This document shows positions 1 through 10,905 of a DNA stretch of 22,903 bases, one piece after another (positions within the stretch are counted from its first letter, which is position 1; the number at the start of each line of letters is the position of its first letter). The notes under the pieces are model-generated. The model saw only the letters and a program-made list of their open reading frames with translations, did not search any database and was not told the origin of the DNA. Origin of the DNA: Pseudomonadota bacterium. Lineage in GTDB: Bacteria > Bdellovibrionota_B > Oligoflexia > Oligoflexales > CAIMVM01. Position numbers and translations under genes: made by a program. Where the stretch lies: NCBI GenBank assembly GCA_037142195.1, contig JBAXBA010000058.1, positions 1 through 22,903 of the forward strand. The letters are read 5' to 3'.

Positions 1-732
1 ATCCCCAATTTCATCTAAGAAAAGAGTGCCGCCTTGGGCCATCTGAAACTTTCCAATCTTCCTCTTATCTGCCCCAGTAAACGCACCTTTTTCATGTCCA
101 AAAAGTTCCGATTCGATAAGTCCTTCTGGAATAGCAGCACAATTGACCGCTAAAAAAGGGCCATTCTTCCTCTGTGAGTTAAAATGCAAAGCTCTAGCAA
201 CGAGCTCTTTGCCTGTGCCAGATTCTCCCCGAATTAATACGGAGGTATCCACTTTTGCCAGCTTACAAATGACGTCAAAAACTTTTCTAATGCCTGCTGA
301 AGAGCCCACAATCTCTCGGCCTTCAGAAAATTGAATCGTTGGCGAAGACATTTGCAAATCGGAGACTAAAGACTCCGCTGCTTCTGCCTTAGCCATCAAA
401 GAAATCAATCTCTCAATCTCAATAGGTTTTTCGAGATAATCAAAAGCGCCAAACTTAATTGCCGTAACAGCATCCTTCACATCGGAATAAGCTGTAAGCA
501 TTAAACAGAAGGTTTCAGGACTGATCGTCTTGATTTCCTGTAGTGCTTCGATACCGTTCATAACTGGCATATTTACATCTAAGAATACCGCTGAAAACTC
601 TAAATTTCGAACCCGCTCCACGGCTTCTTTGCCGTTTTCAGCCAAATGGACTTCATAACCGTGAGAAACCAGCTCCCGCGCCAGATTTTCACGCAGAGTT
701 CTGTCATCATCTACGACCAGAATACGCTTCAT
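1..732 (-). CDS. Sigma54-dependent response regulator (NtrC/AtoC family), runs off the left edge of the window
   Basis: Not in the ORF track; translated by hand from ATG at 732 (AGAGGT SD upstream; alternative in-frame ATG at 765). Receiver domain [10 protein letters not shown]...[11 protein letters not shown]...LTAY...KP, then AAA+ motifs [40 protein letters not shown]. Frame open to position 1. Confidence 0.96.
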   Translation of the reverse strand, partial: MKRILVVDDDRTLRENLARELVSHGYEVHLAENGKEAVERVRNLEFSAVFLDVNMPVMNGIEALQEIKTISPETFCLMLTAYSDVKDAVTAIKFGAFDYLEKPIEIERLISLMAKAEAAESLVSDLQMSSPTIQFSEGREIVGSSAGIRKVFDVICKLAKVDTSVLIRGESGTGKELVARALHFNSQRKNGPFLAVNCAAIPEGLIESELFGHEKGAFTGADKRKIGKFQMAQGGTLFLDEIGD

Positions 733-824
733 AAGCAGAACCTCTTTAGCTAAAATCACCGCCATAAACGACAGGTTCTATCTTCTAGAGCTAAACCCGC
801 CGGGCGTCAAGCGTCAATAGTGAA

Positions 825-1364
825 TTAAATATTTGACTCAAAACCGCTCACCTTACGAGGACTTGGCGGGATCTTAGTCCTAGATATGCCGGCTGCTAAA
901 GCAATGGCAAAAGCATCCGTGGCGTCCAAGGGAACTTTTGAGAAGTCTCGGGAGAACTGAAAACTCAAATATTTGGCCAAGTCTAGTTTGGCTGCCCCCC
1001 CGTGCCCAGCGACCATACTCTTGACCTGAGTTGGAGAAAGCTCCGACAAAGGCAACCGATGCCGATGGATGGCCGATATCAGGGCCCCGCGCGCCTGGCC
1101 CAACTTCAATGCTGAGCGGGGATTAACTCCGCAAAAACTATCTTCAATAGCCACTTGGGTTGGCTTAAGTTCTTGAATTAGCTCGAAAAGCCTCTCATGA
1201 AGAAGCCCGATACGCTCAGGAAAAGAGAGTTCCACTCGGGCCTTTAAAATACCCAGGTCTAAGAGCTTAAAATCTCCGACATGAATCGGAAATGATTTAA
1301 CGGACTCTATTAAAGCGAACCCACAAACTCTAGAGCCCGGGTCTATGCCAAGAATTCTCTCCAT
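825..1364 (-). CDS. ruvC: Crossover junction endodeoxyribonuclease RuvC
   Basis: RILGIDPGS...GF, VAIED, ALKLGQARGA, P.QVK..V.G.G.A.K and DATDAFAIA motifs. Start placed at MERILG (1364) rather than the ORF-track start at 1460. Confidence 0.93.
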   Translation of the reverse strand: MERILGIDPGSRVCGFALIESVKSFPIHVGDFKLLDLGILKARVELSFPERIGLLHERLFELIQELKPTQVAIEDSFCGVNPRSALKLGQARGALISAIHRHRLPLSELSPTQVKSMVAGHGGAAKLDLAKYLSFQFSRDFSKVPLDATDAFAIALAAGISRTKIPPSPRKVSGFESNI

Positions 1365-1606
1365 AGGAAACCTTTTCTCTAAGCTTAGCTCATTCAGCAT
1401 AAGGCTTAGGCTATAAGCAGAGTCAATTAAGCCTCCAGCATCTTTCCCAATCTTAGGCAAAGTCGGAATGTAAACGTGAGAAGAGTATCAACTAAATAGG
1501 CAGCGATTCCAAGTTGAATCTACGAAAGTTTCAAAAACCGAATTCCGAGCCCTATAAAAAACTAGCAAAAATCAAGAAAGACTTTAGAATCGTTTTTGAT
1601 CCATGA

Positions 1607-3873
<2,267 letters not shown>

Positions 3874-3906
3874 CCTTCAACAAAATGATCCCATTTGGAG
3901 TCCCAA

Positions 3907-4605
3907 ATGAAAGATGACAATACCAGTAGTACCACTGTAAGGCCAAAGAAAATACCTCCAGGCACTGTTTCTCTCATGATCGCAGGGGAGTTGATTTATG
4001 CGCAATGCCCTAGTCCAGAGTATTCTGGACTCTTTAGAAGATACGAAGAGTTATTCGTTTCTTTTGCGAGCATCAATAAGGAAGACCGCCAACTTGTCTA
4101 TAAGTTTTTTACTGCACTCGTTCTCACAAGTTTGGCCAAGAAGTCTGAATCAACAACTGAAAAAAAACATCTTTTTGATTTAAAGAATAAATTATATATA
4201 GAAATCGCCAAGAATCCTGACTATCGACGAAAAGTCACCTTCGCCTATTTGCAATCAAAGAACTTTCGGGTTCTGGAGTATTGCGCGAACTGTCAGAAAA
4301 CAAATTCCGAATTAAACATCGACAAAAGAAATTGGAAATTTTGCAAAAAGTGCAAACTCGATAGAAATTTCTATAATGTATTGTCCATGCGTCATAAGTG
4401 GAATGATGGAGAGATGTCCATATTTCTTTCTAATGAACTCATGAACGAAGTGCCGTTGAACCGGCAAAAGCTCAGGAAATCAACACTGGGCGATGCCGCA
4501 GAGGGCGGGCATTTCAAAAAGTTCCAGTATCACGCGCGAAATCTTGACGTCTTCACAGTGCCATCCGTCATGAAACTCTACGACAAGATCATGCCAAAAA
4601 CATAA
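3907..4605 (+). CDS. Hypothetical basic protein with two CxxC pairs (putative Zn finger), possibly YkyB-like
   Basis: Open frame of about 232 codons with GGAG (3897-3900) before ATG 3907; CANC...CKKC; LAKK...HLFDLKNKL segment. Confidence 0.8.
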   Translation: MKDDNTSSTTVRPKKIPPGTVSLMIAGELIYAQCPSPEYSGLFRRYEELFVSFASINKEDRQLVYKFFTALVLTSLAKKSESTTEKKHLFDLKNKLYIEIAKNPDYRRKVTFAYLQSKNFRVLEYCANCQKTNSELNIDKRNWKFCKKCKLDRNFYNVLSMRHKWNDGEMSIFLSNELMNEVPLNRQKLRKSTLGDAAEGGHFKKFQYHARNLDVFTVPSVMKLYDKIMPKT

Positions 4606-4731
4606 CTCATTGGTTTTACACCACAAAACTAGCCTCCTGGTTCCATGCATTTTATGTATGTAACTTGCTATTTTTTTTATTTTTCCTATCTAGGAAAAAT
4701 CTGGAGATCTATATAGTTTCTCCATCCCAAA

Positions 4732-4947
4732 ATGAAAGTCAAACCTCACATTAGGACCGTTATGCTTGAATTTAAACCTATCAAACCACTGCTAGATGAA
4801 ACTTCTACCCTTCAACTGCTATTTCCAATGAATAGACGAAAAGGGGCCAGAACTTTAGACCTACTCATAGTACGTCATCAAAGCTCAAAATCACTTCCCA
4901 CATTCGAGCACCATTTGCGGGAGTGCATTATAGGAGAGAAATCATGA
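4732..4947 (+). CDS. Possible small hypothetical protein (71 aa)
   Basis: ORF in the gap between convergent genes; its stop overlaps (ATGA) a downstream ATG that has a good SD. No recognisable motif and no clear SD of its own. Confidence 0.25.
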   Translation: MKVKPHIRTVMLEFKPIKPLLDETSTLQLLFPMNRRKGARTLDLLIVRHQSSKSLPTFEHHLRECIIGEKS

Positions 4948-5219
4948 ATTTAGAGAGTAAATCTTCTTCTAGAAATAAAATCCATCTCTTGCCGCCCCGA
5001 AGTCGCTAGCCGCTACCATTCTTTCGGCATCTGTAAGCGTATTGACGTCGAAACAATCACACTATGGAGCCAAAACTATGGAAAGACCAGTCTATTACAA
5101 TTGAAAAAATAGAGCCCATGGCGAAAAGACTCAGCCATAGGTCCGTAATATGGCGAGTCGATTCTAAAGGACTTCCTCCCCCTTTAAGGGCTTTGGGTAA
5201 GAGCTGAAGAATCAAAAAA

Positions 5220-6311
5220 CTATTCAAAGATCTTTTGAAAAAATCCTGAATGCTTTGCAGAATCCCCAAATGTCGCAGAAAGCTTTTCCATAAGCTCCCT
5301 TTGTTCTTTGGAAAGCTTCTTAGGAACTTGAACATGAACCTCAACGACAAAGTCTCCACGCCCCATACCGCGAAGGAAGGGAACACCTTGGCTAGGAAGA
5401 GTAATGCGATGTCCATGCTGAGTTCCTGCAGGGACTGAAATAGCTTTCTTTCCTTCTAAAGTTTCCACTTCAAGATCAGTTCCGAGTGCAGCCTGACAAA
5501 TATTAAGAGGCGCAGAAATGTAAATATCATTGCCATCACGAGTAAATACTTTTGAAGGCTTTACGTGCAAAATAACATAAAGATCGCCCGATGGGCCTCC
5601 GCCCTGCCCCGCTTCACCTTCGCTTTGCACACGAAGCCTCAGGCCAGTATCTACTCCTTGGGGCACTTTTACTGTTAGCTTTTTATGTTCCGTAGTATAG
5701 CGCTCACCTTTACAGGTTTTGCACTTCACTTTAATGGTCTTTCCTTCCCCACCACAAGCGGAACAGGCAACAGCAACTGCAAAGAACCCCTGATTCCTTC
5801 GAACTTGGCCAGATCCGCCACAGGTATTACAAGTTTTAATATCAGCGCTGGAAGCAGCTCCTGATCCACCACAAGGGTCACATGCCCGTGCCCTATCAAA
5901 CTCAATCTCTGTTTCAAGGCCAAAAACAGCCTGCTCAAATTCAAGTTCTAAATCATAGCGAAGGTCCGCACCACGCCTAGCCCTGGAACGGCCACCACCC
6001 CCTTGAAATCCAAAAAATTCCTCAAAGATGGAACCAAACGAAGAGAATACATCGCCGACGTCTTGGAAGCCTGAAAAGCCTTGTCCAGAAAGGCCTTGAT
6101 GTCCGTACTGATCATAGATTCGCTTTTTGCCTTCATCAGACAAAACCTCATACGCTTCAGATGACTCCTTAAACTTGTCTTCTGCTTCTTTATCCCCTTG
6201 ATTACGGTCAGGATGATATTTTAGGGCAAGCTTCCGGTATGCGGATTTGATTTCGGCTTGAGTGCAGCCTTTCTGCAAACCTAAAACATCATAATAGTCT
6301 CGTTTACTCAT
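5220..6311 (-). CDS. dnaJ: Chaperone DnaJ (class A)
   Basis: J domain (DYYDVLG...YHPDRN), G/F region, four CxxCxGx(G) repeats, C-terminal domains (GDLYV...GD..VEV). Confidence 0.98.
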   Translation of the reverse strand: MSKRDYYDVLGLQKGCTQAEIKSAYRKLALKYHPDRNQGDKEAEDKFKESSEAYEVLSDEGKKRIYDQYGHQGLSGQGFSGFQDVGDVFSSFGSIFEEFFGFQGGGGRSRARRGADLRYDLELEFEQAVFGLETEIEFDRARACDPCGGSGAASSADIKTCNTCGGSGQVRRNQGFFAVAVACSACGGEGKTIKVKCKTCKGERYTTEHKKLTVKVPQGVDTGLRLRVQSEGEAGQGGGPSGDLYVILHVKPSKVFTRDGNDIYISAPLNICQAALGTDLEVETLEGKKAISVPAGTQHGHRITLPSQGVPFLRGMGRGDFVVEVHVQVPKKLSKEQRELMEKLSATFGDSAKHSGFFQKIFE

Positions 6312-7135
6312 TTTTTGTCACCAAAGCTATGTTCCTGATCAGGAAAGGTTTTACATTTTACTTCATCATTATATTGAGTCAGAGCCGTGCGTACTACCGC
6401 TCCTAAATCTGCATATTTTTTTAAGAATTTCGGTGAAAAATCTTCATCAAATCCTAGAAGATCTTGGAGAACAAGAACCTGACCATCCACAAATCGCCCT
6501 GCCCCGATACCAATGGTAGGTATCGAGATGGCTTCGCTCACTCGTTTAGCCAAGGATTCAGGCACCATTTCTAGAACCAACATAGATGCTCCTGCCGCCT
6601 CAAGTGCTAAAGCATCCTCGAGGAGATCCTGAGCTGCCTTCTCGCCGCGACCCACAACCCTATAGGAGCCAATAACATGAATCGACTGCGGTGTGAGTCC
6701 AAGATGACCGATCACTGGAATTCCAGCTTCAGAAATTTTTCTAACCGCACCCGCCACTGCTTTTCCGCCCTCTAGCTTCACAGCTTCAGCCCCTGCTTCT
6801 TTCACTAACCTTCCAGCATTTTCTAAAGCTTGCTCAGCGCTAATTTGATAGGACATAAAAGGCATATCTATGACTAAAAAAGCTTTTTTTAGAGCCCGCG
6901 CCACACTGCCGCCATAGACGATCATATGGTCAAGAGTCACCTGCAATGTTCCTGAATACCCCATCATGACATTTCCAAGACTATCACCTACTAGCACCAT
7001 GTCGATTTCAGTCTGGTTAATCAGCTTAGCCATTGTGGCGTCATAACAAGTAACCATGGACAGTTTTTCACCTAAAGCTTTTTTTTGTAAAAGCTCGGGC
7101 AGTGATCGCCGTAATTTCATTTCTATTTTACTCAC
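6308..7135 (-). CDS. panB: 3-methyl-2-oxobutanoate hydroxymethyltransferase
   Basis: [44 protein letters not shown]...DGQVLV..DLLG. Stop overlaps the dnaJ start. Exact start uncertain (GTG 7135 or ATG 7120). Confidence 0.96.
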   Translation of the reverse strand: MSKIEMKLRRSLPELLQKKALGEKLSMVTCYDATMAKLINQTEIDMVLVGDSLGNVMMGYSGTLQVTLDHMIVYGGSVARALKKAFLVIDMPFMSYQISAEQALENAGRLVKEAGAEAVKLEGGKAVAGAVRKISEAGIPVIGHLGLTPQSIHVIGSYRVVGRGEKAAQDLLEDALALEAAGASMLVLEMVPESLAKRVSEAISIPTIGIGAGRFVDGQVLVLQDLLGFDEDFSPKFLKKYADLGAVVRTALTQYNDEVKCKTFPDQEHSFGDKK

Positions 7136-7201
7136 TCAATCCCCCAAGGATCAAAAAGTTTAAATCCAATTCCCACAATGTAAAGGGGCTAAAATATAAC
7201 C

Positions 7202-9973
7202 CTATGATTTAAAAAGATATTTCTTGGTCTCTGACCTTTGCATTGACTTAAGATCAAGCGGGTGTCCTTCAAAAATTAGGTCACCGCCAGCCCCCGCGGC
7301 TCCTGGGCCAATCTCAATGAGCCAGTCTACAGATTTGAGAAGCCCAAGATGATGCTCCACCACGACGACGGTATGACCTACACTCGTTAACCGTCTTAGC
7401 TGCTCTATAAGGCGCGGCACATCACGTTCAGAAAGTCCTGTAGTAGGCTCATCAAAAACCAACAAGGAGGGAAGCTTTTTAAGATGGGTGTCTTTAAGCA
7501 AATCTACGAGTTTTAACCTCTGAGCTTCTCCCCCAGAAAAGGAACTTGTATTTTGTCCCAAGGAAACATAACCGAGGCCCATGGAGATGATATGATCTAA
7601 AACGCTTACTATGGCTTTATGATCAGAAAAGAACCCGCGAGCTTCATCTACAGTCAAAGCCAATACATCATTTAAATTCTTGCCATTTACCAACACTTCT
7701 AGAACACTATCTCCAAAACGTCTCCCTTCACAGGTCGGGCATTTTACTGCCATGTCCCCTAAGAACGATAAGTCCTCTATAACCGATCCTAGGCCTTTAC
7801 AATTTTCGCATCTACCACCAGGTACATTAAAGGAGAAGGCTCCCGGCATGAGCTTTCTAGCCTTCGCTTCTGGCTGGGCTGCAAAAAGCTTCCTGATTCC
7901 CTCCATAACCCCCAGGTACGTTACAATAGTCGATCTTGAGGATCGCCCTAAGCCACCCTGGGAGACCAAATCAACAGCAGAAAGAATCGTCGAAATGTTT
8001 TCCGGATAGATCCCTTTCACATCAGGCTCACTGGTAGCGTACTCTTGCTCGAGTCCCAATGCCTTCACTAAGCTTGGGTAAAGGGAGTGCATAATGAGCG
8101 AAGTCTTACCGGAACCGCTAACCCCGGCAACGCCAATTAAAGCCCCCAAAGGAAACCGCACATTGATATTTTTTAAGTTATGGGTTTTCACTCCCTCCAA
8201 TTTAATAAATTGGGACCATTTCACTTTTTCCCTGAAGGGAAAATCAACAGTACCTATTTTCACCTTGTTCGGAGAGCCAGAGAAAACTAAGTCTCCACCC
8301 CGAAAACCGGCCCCTGGACCGATTTCAATGAGATGATCAGACCCTTCAAAGATAAGCGGCTCATGCTCTACCACGACCACCGTATTTCCTAAGTCTCTTA
8401 ACTCTTTCAAAACTAAAAGTAAGCGACTGGAATCCTTAGCATGAAGTCCTGCAGTGGGTTCATCGAGACAAAACAAAGTATCAGTGAGAGCAGACCCCAG
8501 ACAGCGTGCCATACTGATGCGCTGAAGCTCCCCCCCGGAAAGAGTTTTTGATAAGCGAGCAGGAGACAAGTAAGAAAGCCCAATCTTTTCTAAGTAACCC
8601 AGCCTTGACTTCAGTTCCCAAAAGGCGTCATTTAACCCAATTCCAGACTGGTCAATTTCATCATGGGATCCCTGGTAAGCCGACTCGACCTTTGAAATCC
8701 ATAGGGTAAGATCATCAATCGTTTTACGGTGAACTTGACCAATGCTTTCCCCGTCAATTAAGGCATATCTCCCTGCAACACCCAATCTATCCCCTAAACA
8801 GGCGCTACAAGTGATGTACTTTCTAAACCTTGCTGCGTGCATTCGATAATGGGGTTTATATTTCTTAGAATCCAGCCAGTCAAAATAGTCTTTCATCCCT
8901 AAAAAGCTACTTTTCTTTTTACCCGTCGAGGGGGTTCCAAATTTAATCCATTCCCAGTCATGATCCGTGTAACTCGAAAATGGTTTTTTGATATCAAAGC
9001 CAATTTGCGCAGCTGATTTTTTAATGTCTTTATAGTAGGAATTATGGCCGCCAAAATTTAGAGGAATAATTCCATCCTCATGAATGGAACTGTCAAGATC
9101 AGAAAATACTTTTTTCCAATCAATGACTGCTTCCATACCATAGCCTTGGCATTGTTGGCATGCACCTAAAGGATGATTAAAATTGAGAATAGAAGAATTA
9201 GGAAACGTTGCCGTTTCCCCACATTGTGTACATTCTAACGACTGACTATACTTTAAAACATCTTCTTCTATATGAATTTCAAGGGAGCCTCTTCCCACTT
9301 TAAAGGCAGTTCCCACGCTATCAAAAAATCTTGCTTTGTTGTCTTTTGAAATCACAAATCGATCTATGACAACAGCACAGTTTTCCGCCTTTACAGTCTT
9401 TAAATCTTCTAGTTTTACAACCTTTCCACCACTCCAAAGCCTTGTAAATCCCAGTTCTTCCAAACTGCTTTTGAGCTCCCCAGGCTTCATGCCGCGCCAT
9501 TTTTGCAAGGATGCCAAAAGAAATAAAGATTTATCTGGATACTTAGAACTTACATGGAGCCACATGAATTTTGGATTTGCTTTTTCCACGGGGCCATGCC
9601 CCTGGGAACAGTGGGGAACCGCGAGATGACTAAAAATAAGTCGAAGCACATCTGATATTTCCGTCAAACTCCCTACTGTTGAGCGACTGGAACTACCACT
9701 CTTGGATTGGCCAACGGCAATTGCAGGCGGGAGATTCTGGATGGAGCTGACAGCTGGCCGATCTAAAACCTTTAAATATTGGCGCGCAAAACTGGAAAGT
9801 GAGTCCACATATCTGCGGTAAGCCTCTCCATAAAGCGTATCAAACACCAAGGAACTCTTACCAGATCCAGACACCCCCGTGACGACACTTAACTTGCCAA
9901 GGGGAAATTTAACAGAAAAACCTTTTAGATTATTTGTCTTAACATCGTTAATTACGATGGAATCTGAATTCAT
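7202..9973 (-). CDS. uvrA: Excinuclease ABC subunit A (divergent UvrA, probably a second paralog)
   Basis: Two ABC modules (GVSGSGKSS/GVSGSGKTS; LSGGELQR/FSGGEAQR; LDEPTAGLH/FDEPTTGL), Zn modules CQQCQG, CSAC, FSFN.PGGRCENCKG...CPTC. AGGAG SD supports ATG 9973 rather than 9991. Confidence 0.92.
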   Translation of the reverse strand: MNSDSIVINDVKTNNLKGFSVKFPLGKLSVVTGVSGSGKSSLVFDTLYGEAYRRYVDSLSSFARQYLKVLDRPAVSSIQNLPPAIAVGQSKSGSSSRSTVGSLTEISDVLRLIFSHLAVPHCSQGHGPVEKANPKFMWLHVSSKYPDKSLFLLASLQKWRGMKPGELKSSLEELGFTRLWSGGKVVKLEDLKTVKAENCAVVIDRFVISKDNKARFFDSVGTAFKVGRGSLEIHIEEDVLKYSQSLECTQCGETATFPNSSILNFNHPLGACQQCQGYGMEAVIDWKKVFSDLDSSIHEDGIIPLNFGGHNSYYKDIKKSAAQIGFDIKKPFSSYTDHDWEWIKFGTPSTGKKKSSFLGMKDYFDWLDSKKYKPHYRMHAARFRKYITCSACLGDRLGVAGRYALIDGESIGQVHRKTIDDLTLWISKVESAYQGSHDEIDQSGIGLNDAFWELKSRLGYLEKIGLSYLSPARLSKTLSGGELQRISMARCLGSALTDTLFCLDEPTAGLHAKDSSRLLLVLKELRDLGNTVVVVEHEPLIFEGSDHLIEIGPGAGFRGGDLVFSGSPNKVKIGTVDFPFREKVKWSQFIKLEGVKTHNLKNINVRFPLGALIGVAGVSGSGKTSLIMHSLYPSLVKALGLEQEYATSEPDVKGIYPENISTILSAVDLVSQGGLGRSSRSTIVTYLGVMEGIRKLFAAQPEAKARKLMPGAFSFNVPGGRCENCKGLGSVIEDLSFLGDMAVKCPTCEGRRFGDSVLEVLVNGKNLNDVLALTVDEARGFFSDHKAIVSVLDHIISMGLGYVSLGQNTSSFSGGEAQRLKLVDLLKDTHLKKLPSLLVFDEPTTGLSERDVPRLIEQLRRLTSVGHTVVVVEHHLGLLKSVDWLIEIGPGAAGAGGDLIFEGHPLDLKSMQRSETKKYLFKS

Positions 9974-10197
9974 ATAGACTCCTATTACCAATTGCTAAAA
10001 AACCACGTCAACCAAGAACTGCTACTCACCAATAGACACCAGAAACAATTGATCTTTGATTCGCATTCTGACTGAGATTAAAACTTTCAAACCATTTTCC
10101 TGCAAGGTTTTGCAAGCGCATCGAGACAGACTACCTATTGGGGTCCTTACCGCAATAATTAATTTGAGATTTTCCCGCTGGACTCAAATAGGGCGAA

Positions 10198-10434
10198 GCT
10201 TAGTAAATCAACTCCATTTTTGCCATAGGCCACCTGACCGTCAGCATGATTTAATTTGCAGCATATGGCTTTATTTGCAGCAATTCCCTGCGATTTGAAA
10301 CAGAAGAAAGGAGTGTTTGACTATTTTTAAGGCTTTGTTGGGAGATTTGTTAGGCATAGCCCCGCTGCTTTTAGCCTTAAGGCTAAGCCCCGCCGTAACG
10401 ATAGAGGTCAGTCCTCTATGGAGCCCATGCTTTC
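10198..10434 (-). mobile_element. Probable 3' non-coding end (oriIS side) of the IS91-family remnant
   Basis: Directly downstream of the transposase stop. Contains hairpin ATAGAGG-N5-CCTCTAT (10401-10419), perfect palindrome TTAGCCTTAAGGCTAA (10371-10386), and minus-strand GGAGTTGATTTACTAAGC (10215-10198), which loosely resembles oriIS ends (G.TT.A..TTCCTAT.C). Boundary uncertain. Confidence 0.4.
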
Positions 10435-10830
10435 TTATAGACCTTCTCTGGAACTAAACTCAAAAGGCTCTAGGTACCGAGGTGCGCTCTGGCTGGGTAT
10501 TCGTATTTCTATGCCAAGGTGCTTGATGTAGCGGGTTACATCACTGCGGTTTGTTATGGCGGCCACAATAGCCATCTCTCACTTACAGTGCTGGCTCTGA
10601 GTCACATTGACTTGGAAGACTTTAGCCTGCATTTTACTCCAGCTAAAGTTTTTAAGGGGACTTTGGTCTTTACTGCCACTTTTTAAGTGGCTCGCCTTTC
10701 TTACCCTCCGGCTTAAGAACAATCCTACAGCGACAAAGTCGCATTAGAGGCAAAGATCGTACTCCAATTGACCAAATTGACCAAATTGACCAAATGGGAT
10801 TTGGGGGTAAATAAGGTCGCAATTAACCAA
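10435..10830 (-). pseudogene. IS91-family (rolling-circle HUH) transposase, decayed C-terminal fragment
   Basis: Hand translation across frameshifts and stops: TPKSHLV(NLVNLV)NWSTIFASN...RIVLKPEGKKG...KNFSWSKMQAKVFQVNVTQSQHCK*EMAIVAAITNRSDVTRYIKHLGIE(YEYPARA)PRY. This matches the IS91/ISCR C-terminal pattern P.P..HL.R..GVFA.N...W..LL.RVF.ID...C..CGG.M.I.AAIT....I..IL.HLG....PARAPPR. Confidence 0.85.
10766..10795. repeat. Tandem repeat (AATTGACCA)x3 plus AAT
   Basis: Exact 9-bp units at 10766, 10775 and 10784; reads LVN-LVN-LVN in the minus-strand transposase frame. Confidence 0.95.
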
Positions 10831-10905
10831 AATAATTCGCAAAAAAAGAAAACTTGCAGGAACTGGGAACAATGACCGATCGTTAGAGCTCTCTAGGAGG
10901 TGGAA

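Noticed and set aside
4975..5013. KIHLLPPEVASR resembling the MutL N-terminus
   Set aside because: Needs a frameshift, and the diagnostic IAAGEV...ELVENS motif does not follow.
5169..5183. Minus-strand GGGGGAGGAAGTCC resembling the RNase P RNA GAGGAAAGTCC motif
   Set aside because: One A is missing, it is not followed by GGGCTCC-like sequence, and no AGAA.CCGGCTTA 3' motif was found downstream.
10340..10760. Possible large structured ncRNA upstream of uvrA
   Set aside because: Better explained as a decayed IS91 transposase and its 3' end.
10856..10882. FliA/sigma28-like promoter (GCAG-N15-ACCGATCG); similar GCAA-N15-GCCGAAGA at 13961-13987
   Set aside because: The -35 elements match TAAA poorly; too weak without TSS data.
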